Part shown: in pieces, positions 45,434 to 60,500 of the stretch | Layout: each line of letters starts with the position of its first letter | How positions within the stretch are numbered: the stretch's first letter is position 1 | DNA from: Eledone cirrhosa | Lineage: Eukaryota | DNA length: 64,000 nt | NCBI GenBank assembly: GCA_964016885.1 | Contig: OZ024743.1 | Span: 15,066,001 to 15,130,000 of the forward strand | Reading direction: 5' to 3' | Notes under the pieces: model-generated | Seen by the model: only the letters and a program-made list of their open reading frames with translations | Told to the model about the DNA's origin: nothing | Database searches by the model: none | Made by a program: the position numbers and the translations under genes

Positions 45434-45536
45434 TAAGTTGGAATAGAATGAAACGAAATTTCATTTCTCACTCTTAAATGTAAGTATGTATGTATACGTA
45501 CATACATATATGTATACAGACGTACAGTAGCATGTA
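45434..45536 (-). mobile_element. 3' part of a third copy of the 465-bp HHR unit
   Basis: Reverse complement of ~4030-4144 (catgctactgtacgtctg...ttctattccaactta). Confidence 0.85.
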
Positions 45537-45875
45537 TATTTATATATATATATATATGGATGTCACACTCAATTTAAACTCTGGTTTGATTAAACCGTTT
45601 CATAAATTGAATGAAAATCTCAAATACGTAAATGTTGGGTCTAACCACCCCATCTCTATAATTAAATCTATCCCTAAAAATATTTCACTTAGAATCTCGG
45701 GTCTATCTTCTAACATACAAGTATTTAAGGAACACGCCGAGTACTACGATAACGCCCTTAGTAAAGCAGGCTACCTCAACAAAATAGAGTACATAGATGG
45801 GAACAAAACACCCAAAATAAATCCCACATAGGTAGATATAATAACACAACACCAAACCACACTTACTACCATAGT

Positions 45876-46682
45876 ATGCACACCAGTAAACCAACAAACA
45901 AAATTAATAGAAAGCGATGCAAAGAGTACTTATGGTATAACCCCGAATACAATAGTTCCATTAGTACAAATTTACCAGTACTCTTCTTTAAAATAATTAA
46001 AAGACATTTTCCCACATCACACAAATACCACAAAATCCTAAACCCTACCACTATAAGACTGTCATACTCTACAGCGTTAAACCTTGAACAACACATAAAA
46101 AAGATCAATACTAGAAGGTTAAACGAAAACACTAAGAACTTAAGTACAAAGAACACAAAAAAAACAGTAGACAATACACTACAGAACATAAATAAACCAC
46201 ACCTAAGTTCGTCCGCAATACTACTCCAGAGAAAACCCAACGTACACAACTGTAACTGCACCTATCCTGACAACTGCCCCCTCGGCAATAACTGCCTGGA
46301 AAAAAATATTATTTATAAGTGTACCATTAAATCCGGAGGCAACGAGTGGTATTACGTGGGATCAACGGCAACATCGTTTAAATCTCGATTGTATAGGCAT
46401 TCTTACTCAATAAAACACCAGAGCCAAAGAAATGTAACAACTTTAGCAGAAAAAGCTTGGACGCTCAGGGATAGCGATCAAAAGTTTACCCTAAAATGGG
46501 AGAAATTAGCTAAAACCCAAAGCTTTTCCAGGAGCCAAAATTTCTGCAAATTGTGTAATCTTGAGATTTATTACATAATCACACACAAGAAGAAACTGCT
46601 GAATAACAGAATTGAACGAACATTATTCTGCCGTCACAGAACTAAAACCCTTTTTTCCCACTACAACGCGAATATTACATAA
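45876..46682 (+). CDS. PLE GIY-YIG endonuclease domain (open fragment of a truncated element)
   Basis: 268-aa ORF with IIY...YVG, R..H and Cys/His motifs. Confidence 0.75.
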   Translation: MHTSKPTNKINRKRCKEYLWYNPEYNSSISTNLPVLFFKIIKRHFPTSHKYHKILNPTTIRLSYSTALNLEQHIKKINTRRLNENTKNLSTKNTKKTVDNTLQNINKPHLSSSAILLQRKPNVHNCNCTYPDNCPLGNNCLEKNIIYKCTIKSGGNEWYYVGSTATSFKSRLYRHSYSIKHQSQRNVTTLAEKAWTLRDSDQKFTLKWEKLAKTQSFSRSQNFCKLCNLEIYYIITHKKKLLNNRIERTLFCRHRTKTLFSHYNANIT

Positions 46683-46987
46683 AAGAGGGACATCCCCCAA
46701 CTATATAAACCTTAATCTAGTTAGAAAAATATAAAAACAATCTCTTCTCAACATATATTAATAACCTTAAATTACCACACTAATAATGGAAAGATATGCT
46801 GATGAGAATAGGTGCAAATATGCGATAATGAATGTGTCTAAAAACGTCCATAAGTATGTATATATATGTGAAAATGTATATAAATAAGTAAATATATATA
46901 TATGTTTGATGTGTATAGTTAGATGTAAGTGTATTCATGTATTAAAGTGCTTATATATGTATATATATGTATATATATATATATGTG

Positions 46988-47044
<57 letters not shown>

Positions 47045-47604
47045 ATGTATATATGTGTATATAGATGTGTATGTATGTGTATGTGTGTACACATGGACTA
47101 GAGTATGTATGTATATATGTGTGTGTCTATACGTGTGTATATAAAGATAAGTTGAGTATGAAAATGTATACACATGAGCGCGTATGTATGTACATGAATA
47201 CATGTGTGTATATATATGTGTATGCATGTGTATATATATGTAAGTATGAATATGTGAATTGTGAGTATATGTATTTTGTAGAGGTGTGCAAATATATTTG
47301 TGTGTGAATGCGTGTGTGAAAGGATACTTACACTTGAAAGAAAAATTTAAGTCTGAATGTTAATTAAGTGCAAACACAAAACCAACCACGCATATCTTTA
47401 CTATCTCTAATACTTCTATAGATTTAGAAAAATAACCAATAATATATTCTATAAAAAATGCCAAAACAACAGATGGGAATCTAATTACTCACTGCCACCA
47501 AGAATTCTCACTGCTATCAAAAAACCACTCCTTCAACTATTCTTCTAACAACTTCACCCCTCCCTCCTAATATTCTCTATAAAAACTAAATAGGTCCTCA
47601 GTAA

Positions 47605-47662
47605 TATTATTCTGATGAAATGACAGTAATTAATAACATTGAAATATTGAATGTCTGCATAA
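47605..47662 (+). ncRNA. Degenerate hammerhead motif in the PLE 3' pLTR
   Basis: ttatt-CTGATGA-aatg...catt-GAAA-tattgaat-GTC-tgcataa. Stem I imperfect, ~110 nt before the terminal (TA)n. Confidence 0.5.
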
Positions 47663-47764
47663 CTAAAAGTTTGTAGACAGCAGCTGTTTTAGGTTATCTA
47701 ACTGTTATAGAAACACGTGTCAATAAATTCCTTTCAACTAAACTGTATCCATTCAAATCTTTCT

Positions 47765-48347
<583 letters not shown>

Positions 48348-48828
48348 CAAGTGGAAGCTTAGTAAAATCGAAGCTTTGTCTGTGGCGAAGCAAAGCCGAC
48401 CTACAATAAGCATATGTTAGCAAAGCCCTCAATAAGGGTAGGTCCTTAGACTAATAACATACGTTTAAATAGCTTGACAAGTTGAACATTGCGGTAGGCA
48501 AAATCCAACTATACATTAACAAAGTAACGAAAGAACTAACAGGTTAAAATACAGACCTGGACAAATCAAACGATATGCGTCTGAGATTTGTCCATGAATC
48601 GGAAATCATTTATCCAACTCACGTAATGCGCAAGCTTGTGGTATTCCATGATCGAACAGAGGATTAATTTCATCAACATGGATTCAATTCTGCCTCAAAC
48701 TGGTGTGAGCAAACTAAGTGCGACCGCTACTGATGGCAGCTTTCGAACACTTCGTTGTCACGTGTTATTTCCAGCAAGGGTAGCAACCTCCGAATTTTTT
48801 TGCGGGTAAATTCAAAGTGTTAACAAGG

Positions 48829-48937
<109 letters not shown>

Positions 48938-50039
48938 AGTATATTCATATATCAGTGAGTGTGTTTATGGAAATCTTCATTTCTAAGTATACATACAAAC
49001 ATTTAATTATACAACGAGAAGTGGCATCGAAAAGTGACATAATTATGAGATTAACATTTTATAAATCAACAATTTTAGAAATGTGTTGCTGAAGTCTCTA
49101 ACTTTGTATTCCCCCTACAGTGAAGAGAAATACGTGACAAATTTACTGATACAAATTATTGTTGCTTTATAAATTCCAATGTAAATTAGCTTAGCTATAA
49201 TATTTTATTATATTTTCTAAGAACGAAGCAATCAACCGAGAGATGGTGCTTTCAATAAGAAGACCGAATATTCCGATATTTTGAGATGTTAATCGACTCT
49301 CCCATTCCTCAAGCCTGTTGGTTTAAGTTGTTTGACGTATAATTTGTTGAAATAATATTGTTACGAACTGCTAATAGACTGCCATATATTTTTCACAGAT
49401 AATATGACCTCATAATAATTGGGCCTTTGGCTAATATTTGGAATTAATTTATTTTAATTATCACACTTACAGACGTTTAAAAACATGTAGGCAACACGCC
49501 TCTCTTCATCCGCTGGCTCGTGACTTGCATTCAAGTCTAAAGGTCGAAAATAATATTCTCTCCACCCCGACCCCACCACTATTACCGACACCAATACAGA
49601 CACCACCACGACGATCATCACCAGTAGCACTAACAAATACAACAATAGAAGTAGCAACAATTACAGTAAAGCTCAGACAAAAAACAATGATAAAATGTAT
49701 ATAATAAACAAATGTTAAAATGAATATGCCTCATTGCACGAAACCAACACTGCCACCACCATCATCCTGCCCAGAGAAAAACAAAAATTAATTATAATGC
49801 TAAACAACCACAGCACTACTATCATTTCACCACCACAACAACAACAATAAATATGAACAGCAATGATAGAAGAAGCAACAACAACAACATTATGAGTAAC
49901 AACAAAAACACCAACAGCAAGATAATAAACGCAGAACTGTCAACAACGTGGTGGCAAAGCAGAATGTGCCCCGCCCCCTACAATACAACATCAACTTATG
50001 ACTCAAAATCAGCTGCTACTTCCTCATGGGGTAACTAGA

Positions 50040-53000
50040 GATATACAAACAATAACTGTCAACGAAAATGAAATAAGGGAAGCTAAGATACGCTAAAGAT
50101 GAGGGCTAACAGAATCAGCCTCACGCTTCCACCCGAGGTTCTGGAAAACGCACAACGTTTTCCCATAACATACCATCGCTGTTAGTGAAGTCAAGCTGTG
50201 TTGAGCACGCACCTGAGTTGCAGGTCGAAAAGGCAAAACTTGGCTGAGAATTTGGGATGGGGGACTTACTTTTCAAATCAACAGATGAAGGCAGGTGATT
50301 CTCCCTAACACAAGTGAAGAGAGAAAAGAGAACTCTACCACCAACGTTTTGTATAAGTAAAGATTAGTAAAGAAACCATGGTCCAGCTGCCACCCATAAT
50401 AGCTATATCCTGACTAGTGGCATCTGTTATCAGGGAGGTTGAGGATAGCACAGAATTGAGGATAAAAAGAATTTAAAATGATCAGGATCATAGATAGAAA
50501 AACTAAAAATAAAATCAAGAAAATATTGAGGCCATCCTAAACGTAATAGACCCACGATCGCATGCCCGTAGAAGAGAAAATGCCAAAGTGCCATACGTGT
50601 AGGGTAAAAAGCACAACTGAAGGATTTCTTCCCTCAACAGTCAACGAAGCAAACGAGACCCCACTCATGCCTAAGCCAAATACTATAAAAGCAGTAGTAC
50701 ATCATACCTCAGCGTCAAGATATAAACATCTACAGTTGCAGAAACTTCAGCAGCATCTGCCACGCAACACGTACAACAACCCTGCGAGTGGAACACATGT
50801 CCCCACTCAAGTTACTATACTCGGATATGCACTGTAGATAAGGTGGGTGGGAGTGGCACACGGTTAATAAAAACGAAAAAATTTAAAAAATAAGATATTC
50901 GCCCACAAAAACAAAACTCTAAAAAGCGCATCACAATCGTAGGACAAACAAAAACAATCACCTTAGTATGATTCAATACACAATAATAAACATTACAACC
51001 ACCAACAACAACACCACCAACCCCACCTCCAACAACAATATGACTAAAACAATCAAACCCTCATCTGCAACAACAAATACAACACACATAACACCCTCTC
51101 CCATTCAAAAAAATACAAACTCCCCAAATAAAAAAGCTTTAAATAGAAACAAACAGGACGTTTTGCACTATTTGAAACACCACTACAGTTTCAGAAACGT
51201 AATACATCACCGCTAAAAAGATTGCATTACCAACATCCATACAAATCATACATATTACATAGGAAACATTAAATTAATAGACAAATTTCCCAATGCAATT
51301 GAGGACTTGATAGGCACGTTATCCAAACGAATATACTTCGACAATCTTGTGCAGGTGCCCTCAACTGGCTGCGAGAGGGACCATTACATTTTTTTATCGA
51401 ACAGTGTCAGTAAACCTTTCATAATTTCCCTACACTTTATCTAACACAGCCTTACTCAGAATTGACAGTATAAATAAATGCATGTTACCGGCTCATCAAC
51501 CTCAGATCAGTAAACTTATATGTGGTGGCCATCAGCCTTTCAGAATTTCCGAGGTACGAGCTTTTGCACCCACTTTCTGTGGCTACGAGGGGAATGCATC
51601 TGCAAGCCATCCGGTATCGGGAGGTGGAGACATTGCGTTCTTTCGGAAAGGCTCGGATCTCACGATACAGACCATCTGTTTATATTTAGAAGGTAAGTTG
51701 ATGCTGCTGGACGTGACCAGCAGCAACAGCTATGCTTTTATGCTACTAGCTACTTAAACCTCGACAGGGTCAAGATGACCTGATTTCTTCAGACGTGTTG
51801 AGAACATTCTTGGAACGTTCCGCTCTTTAGTGATACTGGCCGACTGGAACAGTATCTTGGATGCACGCCGGGACTGTGTGGGGTTAGCAGGTAGAGATGG
51901 AGGGTGTGAAAGCCTTGTTACATACTCAGACACTTCCAAATGTCTGACCTGTACCGACTGGATTTCCCGATTGTGCCAATGTAGACTTAGATAAACCAGA
52001 TCGTGTCATCCAGATCGTACTTACAATGAAAATGATGTAGGGAGATCGATAAGTCTAATTTAAGTTGCCCACAATTCAAAGTAGTCGCGTATAGAGACCA
52101 TAAAATTGTGAACAGTGTGGTCAATCCAGACAGGTTTTATAAACAGGAACATGGTTAGGGGAATCTAAACGCATCATTGCTGGTGCACAAAATCTAGAAA
52201 GAGCGGATTAGTAAATTAGTTAAGCGAGCGTGACGTGAGAAATCTTCAACAACACATACGTAAGGCTGTAACAATAGAGAAAACAAGAGAAGGGGAGGAT
52301 CTATTTAGAAATTTAAAAGAGGGACAAATTAAAGGCATCACAGCCAACGTGCTTGTGGTGTGTTTGGCCCTAGGCCAATTCCTCCTGGGCCGACTTGCAG
52401 CTCGGCAACTGGAGAGGCATATCAATGCCGTTAAATTACTTGGGTTCGGGTTTGGACCAGACCTCCAGGTGGAAAATAGCTGGGACAAGGTAACGTGCAA
52501 GATGGCTTCACTTACCCAGAAGAGCACCGAGAGCAAGCTGACCGTGAAAGGTCGAGCAGATGTGGGTAATGCGTTCATCACGTCCGTCATCTACTACAGC
52601 ATAACCGTCGTGCCAAGCCCTAACCCACGTCTGATTGCAGTGGAACGTTTACTCTTTCGTTTCTTGTGGAGAAATCAGGTTCTATTGGTCAAGCGGTCCA
52701 TCTGGTGTCAATACTCGCTACATGCAGGATTGGGTGTGCCGTGGCTGATGAGGCGCGAACATGCACTGAGGCTACCGCATCTCTAACTTTTCCTTGATTG
52801 TGAACAGGTGTGGTCACCGTTGCTAAGACCCGTTTTCACCAGCTCTATTACTTAACAGAGCTGTAGTCCTCGCAAAAGTGAATACCGACAGGGAGCACTC
52901 ACAGGTCTCAACCAATGGGGCAACATGAATAGTGGAAATTCGACCTCAGCATTCTATAGAGGGTTAGTGGAGGTTAAGAGCGACAACATCATTAGGGGGA

Positions 53001-53620
53001 CTCTGGATGCTGAGGAAATTCAACTAGCCACTGTTTTCTTACGTTCTTTCGGTTCAGAGCCTATGAACAACTTCCAGAAATCCCTGTCTTAACGGTGCCA
53101 CGACGGGGCTTTGCGGGTGGAGAGAAAATCAACAGGCATGGAAATGCTGTCATTCGTGTCTTTCTGAAGGCGATACATGGCGACGAAACAGTCATGCATG
53201 CACGTGTAGGACGGATCCTTCTATCAAATAATTCCATTGTGAAAATCGTCCCGCATTTTTCCTTTAGAGAAGGAGAAGCAGTTTTTTTTCTGCCTGTTGG
53301 ACATGGCGAAAGATTTTCTGTGGTGGAGGCGTTTGAAATGGTTGGAAATCAGGGTGGAGAGTGAAGCGCTGCCTCCCAAACAATTTGTTGAAAGGTGGGT
53401 GTGAGTGGTGAGCATGGTCCGGGTGAATGGGTTTGCCTTGAGTACAAAACTTTAGATTGGAAGAGAAAAACTGGGTGAGGGCACTTTGTCCTAGCGGACA
53501 GGGTTACTGCGGCCTTTGAGGGATTTCTCCACGAGTGAAGCTTCGAGTCACCTTATCCTTGGGGAATTTTGCTGTTTGTTTTTTAAATGTTTATTTACTT
53601 TGCGGCTATTGTGAATTTTA
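50040..53620 (+). pseudogene. Decayed Tx1/L1-clade LINE with internal deletion
   Basis: CHTC knuckle remnant (ORF1), APE pieces (EGKLMLLDV, LADWNSILD, YRDHK), and post-RT motif KGRADVGNAFITSVIYY...ERLLFRFLW...AGLGVP. RT core not seen. Boundaries approximate. Confidence 0.7.
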
Positions 53621-53713
53621 TTTTATACAAAAACCCTTCACTTTGACGTCCTGAACAGTCTTTGATATTTCCTTAATATGATTCCTGTGTGATTAATGCT
53701 GAAGTTATATTTA

Positions 53714-53930
53714 TTTGGCAGTATCGGTAGAGCATCAAACATCATGCTTTGCAGTATAAAGTTATGGCCCTCTATGTAGTGAGATCAAATCCCGCCGAAG
53801 TTATAATTGCATTTCCTCCTTACGGGGTCGATAAAATAAAGCACCAATAACGTACTGATGTCGATTTAATCGACTTTCCCCTCCCCAAAAATTACTACAC
53901 TTCTGCCTATACTAGAAATCATCATTATTA
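53714..53930 (+). mobile_element. tRNA-derived SINE (diverged)
   Basis: tggcagtatcggtaga...gagatcaaatcccgcc...ggggtcgataaaataaag. Confidence 0.8.
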
Positions 53931-56690
53931 TTATTAGTAGTAGTAGTAATAGAAACATTACGTAGTAGTAGTAACATTAGTAGTAGCAGCAGCAGTAGCA
54001 GCAGTAGTAGTAGCAGCAGCATAAAGCTACACTAGCATGAGCAGTAACAATTTTAATTTCTTTTGATTTCCTCTAGTACATTTCCTAATTTCACTCTAAT
54101 TCTATCAGTTTTTAAACTACTAAATGTTGTTTCTGTTATATTACTACTTCTCATTTACATTTATTTTCAAAGGAATCTTCTATGTGTATGGAACTGCTTG
54201 GTCGTTTTTTGGTGTAGGAGGAACAATGATGACACATTCAGCAATTAGGATTGTCCTGGTGATCATAAGGATGATGACGATGATGATTATGTTGATGATA
54301 TTCATCACCATCATTAAAATTATTACCGCAAAACACAATATAATATACATACGACAACCTGTCATTGCCCACCGACTGAATAATGGAATCGCTTGTTGTG
54401 AGTTTTTCTTAAATATCTATCATCAGATAATATTTGTGAAGCTGCAAATGGAACAAATGGAATTTTTAAGCCATTAAATATGACTATACCTGCTACAAAG
54501 TAAACGAACGTATGCACATTGCCAGACTGGATACGGTATCTGGCAAAAACACATTATTTGGACAAGCGAGGTTAGTTCTAAACTCAGATACAACAAAATC
54601 TAATTTTGAAATTGTTCCTTCCAGATTCGATAGCATGAAATACAGGGATGATTCGTAATCATATAACGATTTATCATTGTTTCACCGATGTCAATTCTGA
54701 TGAAATACTAATATGACCAAAAAGATATTAGCTCTGAAAAATCGAGGTGTTTTAGATATCTAGAAATATATCTTCCAATATGTTTCCTATATTTACATTT
54801 GGAAGAGTATGTTTTGATGGAATGCGGTCAATAACTAGCAGGCTGGATGAAGTCCCACATGCTCATTCGAATACACAACTAGTTATTCAAGTGCATTACT
54901 GACAAATCAGCCAATTACATTGGTGGCCTCCGAAAAGACCCGGCGGACAGGATGGAGAAGGCGTTTCCCCGGAGGACGGCAAGGGAGACGCGCTGGAAAG
55001 GCCATTCCAGCTTGCGAGGCTAACACCTGCGGCTGCCCAGCTCAGCGCCTATGGTGGTGAGTAGGGAGGTAGCTTGTAAGTATGGTTTTTAATATAAGCT
55101 AAGAGCCATATATTTTTAAGAGATATGCCGAGAAATATTTATAGAGAATGAAAGCGGGATAGCATATGGTAGTGGGAGTGAATTGGGAGAATTACAACGT
55201 GTAGGAAAACTGTATTTCTGTTATTGAAACCATTTGGGTAACTTTAATGCAATTCGACAGGTGGAATTTATATTTATAATTCATGTATATATTTGATATA
55301 TATGTATATATATATTGGACCAAATGTATTATGGTATTTAGGATATATATATAAAAAGAAAATGCCGCAAGATATTTGGTTCAACACGTTGCTGTTTGTG
55401 ACAAATAAATGTTCTGGTGAGAGAACCAATAACAATGACAACAATAAACGCAACAAAATTAACGTTTGCACTTAATGTGAGCTAATTATTGAGCGAAACA
55501 GTTTTCTTGAATTCAAGAACAAATTACCTATTAGAAACGGTGAATATAAGTGAAAATAGATATCATATCTATTTTAAGCTTCATTGGTATCTAATTTAAT
55601 TTCCGATGAGAATAAAGTACCAGTCAAACACTGGAATGATGTAATTGAAGTTCCCTTTTCCCATAACTTGCAGGTTATATTCCTAGATTAGATATAATAA
55701 TAATTATTTGAGATTTTCATCATTTTATTGCTTCATATTATTTTAATATATTGCCTTTTAAAGATTTCTTTTGTGTTATATAGATCCAAACTTACAATGA
55801 TTGATATTATATATATATATATATACATATATTATTTGTTTGCTAAAATAATCAAATTAAACTAATTCAACAGTTAAACACACATAGGAGCTTGTTCCAA
55901 AAGGCCAGAAGATTGACAAGGCGACCTAAAATATTACTAATAGCTCTGGGAGAGCTATGACCGACACCACATCTTTTAAACTTTGATTTTGAAAGTAAGC
56001 TTATAATTATCAATTTTCATTATACTTTTGGTTGTGTTTCGATGGTGGTGGGGAGTAGTGTTCCCGGTAAACCTTTTCAGTTTCGTTCTATTGGTAGTAA
56101 AATAAAAAAACTGAAAAGAAAGGTTACCAGGATTGAACCCAAGGCCATGATCACCATCGTCTCTAGCATCTACTGCTAGGACACGGAGACAACTACGAAC
56201 ATCTCATGAAAATTCATACTTATAAACATATTTTCAGTGGCAGATTCTAAAGGATCAATCACGTGACACTGAGGTTAATCAGTGAGGAGTGGGGTGGTAT
56301 TATGACAATAGCCTACTACTACCATGAATCACAGCAGTAAATTTTGGCAAGTTTTACTCAACAAATAATTTGGAGGAAAATATAGAGAATAAGTATATCT
56401 ACCAACATATGTCTACAGATGTATACTCATGCTAGCAAATATATATGTTATGTCTTAGTACCTGTGTGGTTCTATGCAGGGGGATGCAGAACAATTATAT
56501 GAAAGACGTAAAATATTAACCTTAGTGTCACGTGATTGATCCTTTAGAATCTGCCACTGACCAGAGAGGCAGTGAATTTGTTCAGTGCTTTGGATTTTAG
56601 TCCCCGCTAGCTTTGTTCCATCCACTGAATTATTATTTTTATATGGGTTCCTAGTGTCCGCGCATTTCCTGGGAACCGTGCTGAGAATAG

Positions 56691-56772
56691 ACTCCCTGAT
56701 GACGTAAGGAATTCTCTATAGTTATCTTACGTAACTATATTTATCCCCTTACAGAAACTAATTAGTTGGAGT
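56691..56772 (+). ncRNA. Type I hammerhead ribozyme motif with extended stem II
   Basis: actcc-CTGATGA-cgtaagg...tatagtta/taactata...ccttaca-GAAA-ctaattag-TT-ggagt. Confidence 0.85.
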
Positions 56773-56932
56773 GAAAACTTTAGTAAGTAAGTTAACTTTT
56801 AATTTTTAAAATTTTCTTATTTTACGTCTTTCATATAATTGTTCTGCATAGAACCACAAAGGTACAAAAACATAACATATATATTTGCTAGCATGAGTAT
56901 ACATCTGTATACATATGTTGGTAGATATACTA

Positions 56933-57003
<71 letters not shown>

Positions 57004-57009
57004 TTTATT

Positions 57010-57124
<115 letters not shown>

Positions 57125-57342
57125 TTCGTTTCTGAATTTGTTTTGCAAGATTCTTTATCTGAAATCGTGTGTTGAAACCGATAGTGTTATACTTTGGGAG
57201 GGTCATGTTGCCAATAAGAAACACACGCACCAGTTGCTTTCACTTCAATTTATTATATATTTATAAATTTATAAATTTACAAATCTACAAATTTATAAAT
57301 TTCTGGTTGGTTGGTTCCACAACCAGATAGTTGTTTATATAT

Positions 57343-57387
57343 AGTCATAGTCCTTTCTTCACACACTCTGTGACCTCTTCAGTGACT
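57343..57387 (-). ncRNA. Hammerhead motif in pLTR
   Basis: Minus strand: agtca-CTGAAGA-ggtcaca gagtg tgtgaa-GAAA-ggac-TA-tgact. Confidence 0.65.
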
Positions 57388-57587
57388 GGGGATTCCTTTC
57401 TTTGTTTCTGTGCCTTTCCTTTCTTCTGTCCTACGCCATTTTGTTTCTGTGTGTGTGTTGTGTGCTCAGTTTGCGCATGCGCCACATCCGGGTGTCTGTC
57501 TGTGTGTGTGTTCATTTATCTATTTGTTTATTTATTTACATGTTATTGGTTGTTTGTTCTATGTGTGTGTGTGTTTACATTTTGTCC

Positions 57588-60500
57588 TTAATTGTAAGTT
57601 GTGATGTTGCTGTTCCACTCATATTTTCTATTTAATTTTGGTTGTAATTCTTTTATGTTTATTGCCTCTGTAATTTGTCTAATCATTGCATCTTTTCTGT
57701 GTGTAGATACTATTTTTATTTCTATGTTCTCTAATTTACCCTTGTGTTCTATCTTAGCATGTGGGTAGAGTACAGATGATTCTTTATTATCTTGAAGGTC
57801 TCACCAGTGTTCATTTATCCGTTCCCCTATACTACGAGCTGTCTCACCTATGTACACTATATTTTTGTTTCTACATTGTCCTTCAGTACATCTTATGCTA
57901 TACACTACATTTCTAGTTTTACAGTTAATATGGGGGCTTATTTTAATATGGGGGCTTATTTTACAGGTTATACATTTCTTATCTATACATGAGGGTCTTT
58001 GGAACGGGTATGTCTTGCTAATAAGTGTTTTTACGGAGGTACCTGGTCTTTCTACTATCTTAATATTGAGTTTATGTTTATTTAGGGCCCTTCTAAATTT
58101 GTAGGCTAGTTCGCCTCTAGGGGTTGTGTCGATGAACATTACACTCTGGTATTTATTGCTATCATACCATGAGTTTATTCTATTGGCCTTGTTCCTAGTT
58201 CTTTCTATTCTATTCCAAATTTGCTCCTGTACAAGGGGCAGGTCCCATTTATGTCATTATTTACCATTTTTTCCCATTTGGTTCTGGCTCCTCTATACAC
58301 TCTGACTCTATCTCTCTGATTGTAGCCAGAGAACTGCATACGGTGGATGAAGTGTTGTATGTGTCTCTCTAGTTCTTCGGGGTTGCACATGCGGGACACA
58401 TTTCTCATCACCCGTACCAAATCCGCCATCAGTATGTTGATTTTGGTATGGTCCGAAATGGCCGAGTTTCGGTGGATCAGATGTTTGGAAGTCATGGGTT
58501 TGGCATAATGGGAATGGAGGATTGGTTTTTGGTTGTTAATGGTATCTAACCAGAGCTCTGTGTCTAGTACATGTAATCGATGGTTGGGGTGTCTATTTGG
58601 GTAGTCTATAGTAACTCTAATGCTCTGGTGGATGGAGTTTGCTATTTGCTGGATGCTTTCCATTGTGTTTTTCTCTAGTTCCTGACTGTTCTCTAGTGGG
58701 GGTGTCTTAACTACGATGTTTATATCATCTACGTAGCGGGAGTACATTATCAGGGTTAAGCTGTCTTCTAATTGTTCTTTAACTAGTTTAATTTTAAGTC
58801 TACTGTCCCACCATACCATGAATAAGATAGCTATGTCGCCTGCAATGCTAACACCAATGGCTGCTCCTTCCTCTTGGGCATATGTTTTTCCATTAAATTT
58901 GAACATATGTTCCTTAAGGGTTAATTTTATGCTGGCCCCCACCGCATGTGCAATCATTTTCTTCAGTTCATCGTGGTTTTCGGGTGTCCGTATGGCTCTG
59001 GTCCACCCGTTCCATCTATCTGTGTGGGTTTTCTTGGCCATTGAGGCAATCTTAGGTGGTCTGCCTCTTGCTGGTCTTGTAGGGCACAGGTTGCTAAGGT
59101 CATATGTGTCTAGGTAACTATTACTATGGGTAAGCTTAAGTAGAAGTCCCAGCTCACTGGTATCAATCCCACGGAACTCAACCTTGCTCTCGCTGATCAT
59201 TTCTACGCATTTCTCCACAGCAAAATCCACGTCAATAGATGGATACAGGGACACAACATCCATACTGCCTATTATGCAGTTTGTTAGGTGCCAAGATCGG
59301 TTACTCACGCCGATTCTGCTGAGGAGGTCCTCCGTGCTGTCACATACATCTGGGGACATCTCAATGATGGGGCGTATGATCAGGGAGGGGAAATAAGACA
59401 GTCTGTAGTTACTAGCAATGTTAGCTCCACAGACTGGCCGTGTTGCTGGTCCCGCGACAGGGTCACAGCCCGTTTTATGGTCTTTTTGAAGCCCATACAA
59501 CGCCTGCACGTCATTGTTCCAGGCCTGGAAGTTGTTGGCAGTCCTTTTGTTGGGCTGCATTATATTCGTCCACATCACCATATGGGCATTGAGGGCTTTT
59601 TCTCTATCCTCATGCTCCTGTGGTGTTACCTCTCTTGTGTTAGTGATGTGGGGTTGCATTGCCTGGATGTAGTTTGGCAGGCTGTCAACCGACATTCTGC
59701 CAGACTTGTCTGTTGGAAAGCATGCTATCTCTCCATTACGTGAGCGCTGCATGAGCTTACGCAAGCTATTTGCAGATTTTTCTCCCAGTTGCTGGGCCTC
59801 TATTCTATTATGTTCTATAATATTTCTAAGTTCGGATCTAGCTATACTAAATTGTGCTTCTGTTTGTTCATCGACCTGCGATGGCTTAAATGGTAAAGTC
59901 GTGGCGTGGACTCGTCGCAGGTCGAATGATTTATCGGAGGGATTATAAAACGGAGAGTTCCAGGCTGCTGCTTTATGTGTACTAGTGCTATTGTTATTGT
60001 TAGTTGTGTTGTTTCTATTTCTATTTCCACCAACAGCCTCATGGTTGTTTCTATGTCTCTCATAATTACTCCTGTCTCTTTCCACTGGCTCAATGTTGTT
60101 ATCTACCCTATTTTGTGTGTCTGTGTGTTCGTCTTGGTTATTCTCTTGTCCTTAGTCTCCCTTCTCTTTTTAATCCTATTACTTTCCCTTATTTCTGTGA
60201 TTTCTGTGCTACTGTCATTACTTGTTTTCTGTGTCTATGTGTTTGTTAAGATTGTGGTGGTGGTGAGAGGCATTGAATGCGTGTGTGTTGTTGTTGTTGA
60301 TGTGTGCTGTTGTTGTCTCCGTGTGTGTTATCGTTGTTGTGTGTGTTGTTATTGTTGTTTGTGTCTGCGTGTCTGTTGTTGTTGTTTCTGGGTATGTTGT
60401 TATTGTTGTTGTTGTTGATGTGTGTGTTGTTGTTATTGTTGTTTGTGTCTGTGTGTCTGTTGTTGTTGGGACGTGTGTTGTATATGTGTGTGCGTATATT

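Noticed and set aside
46796-46852. tatg-CTGATGA...AAAA-c-GTC-cata
   Set aside because: G12 is absent and stem II is wobble-rich and out of register. Counted only as a weak candidate, not listed as a feature.
54840-55075. GC-rich patch with GTGAGT donor as a host exon or promoter
   Set aside because: No recognisable protein. It reads more like a decayed RTE 3' end (GGRQGRR..W), and is too weak to call either way.
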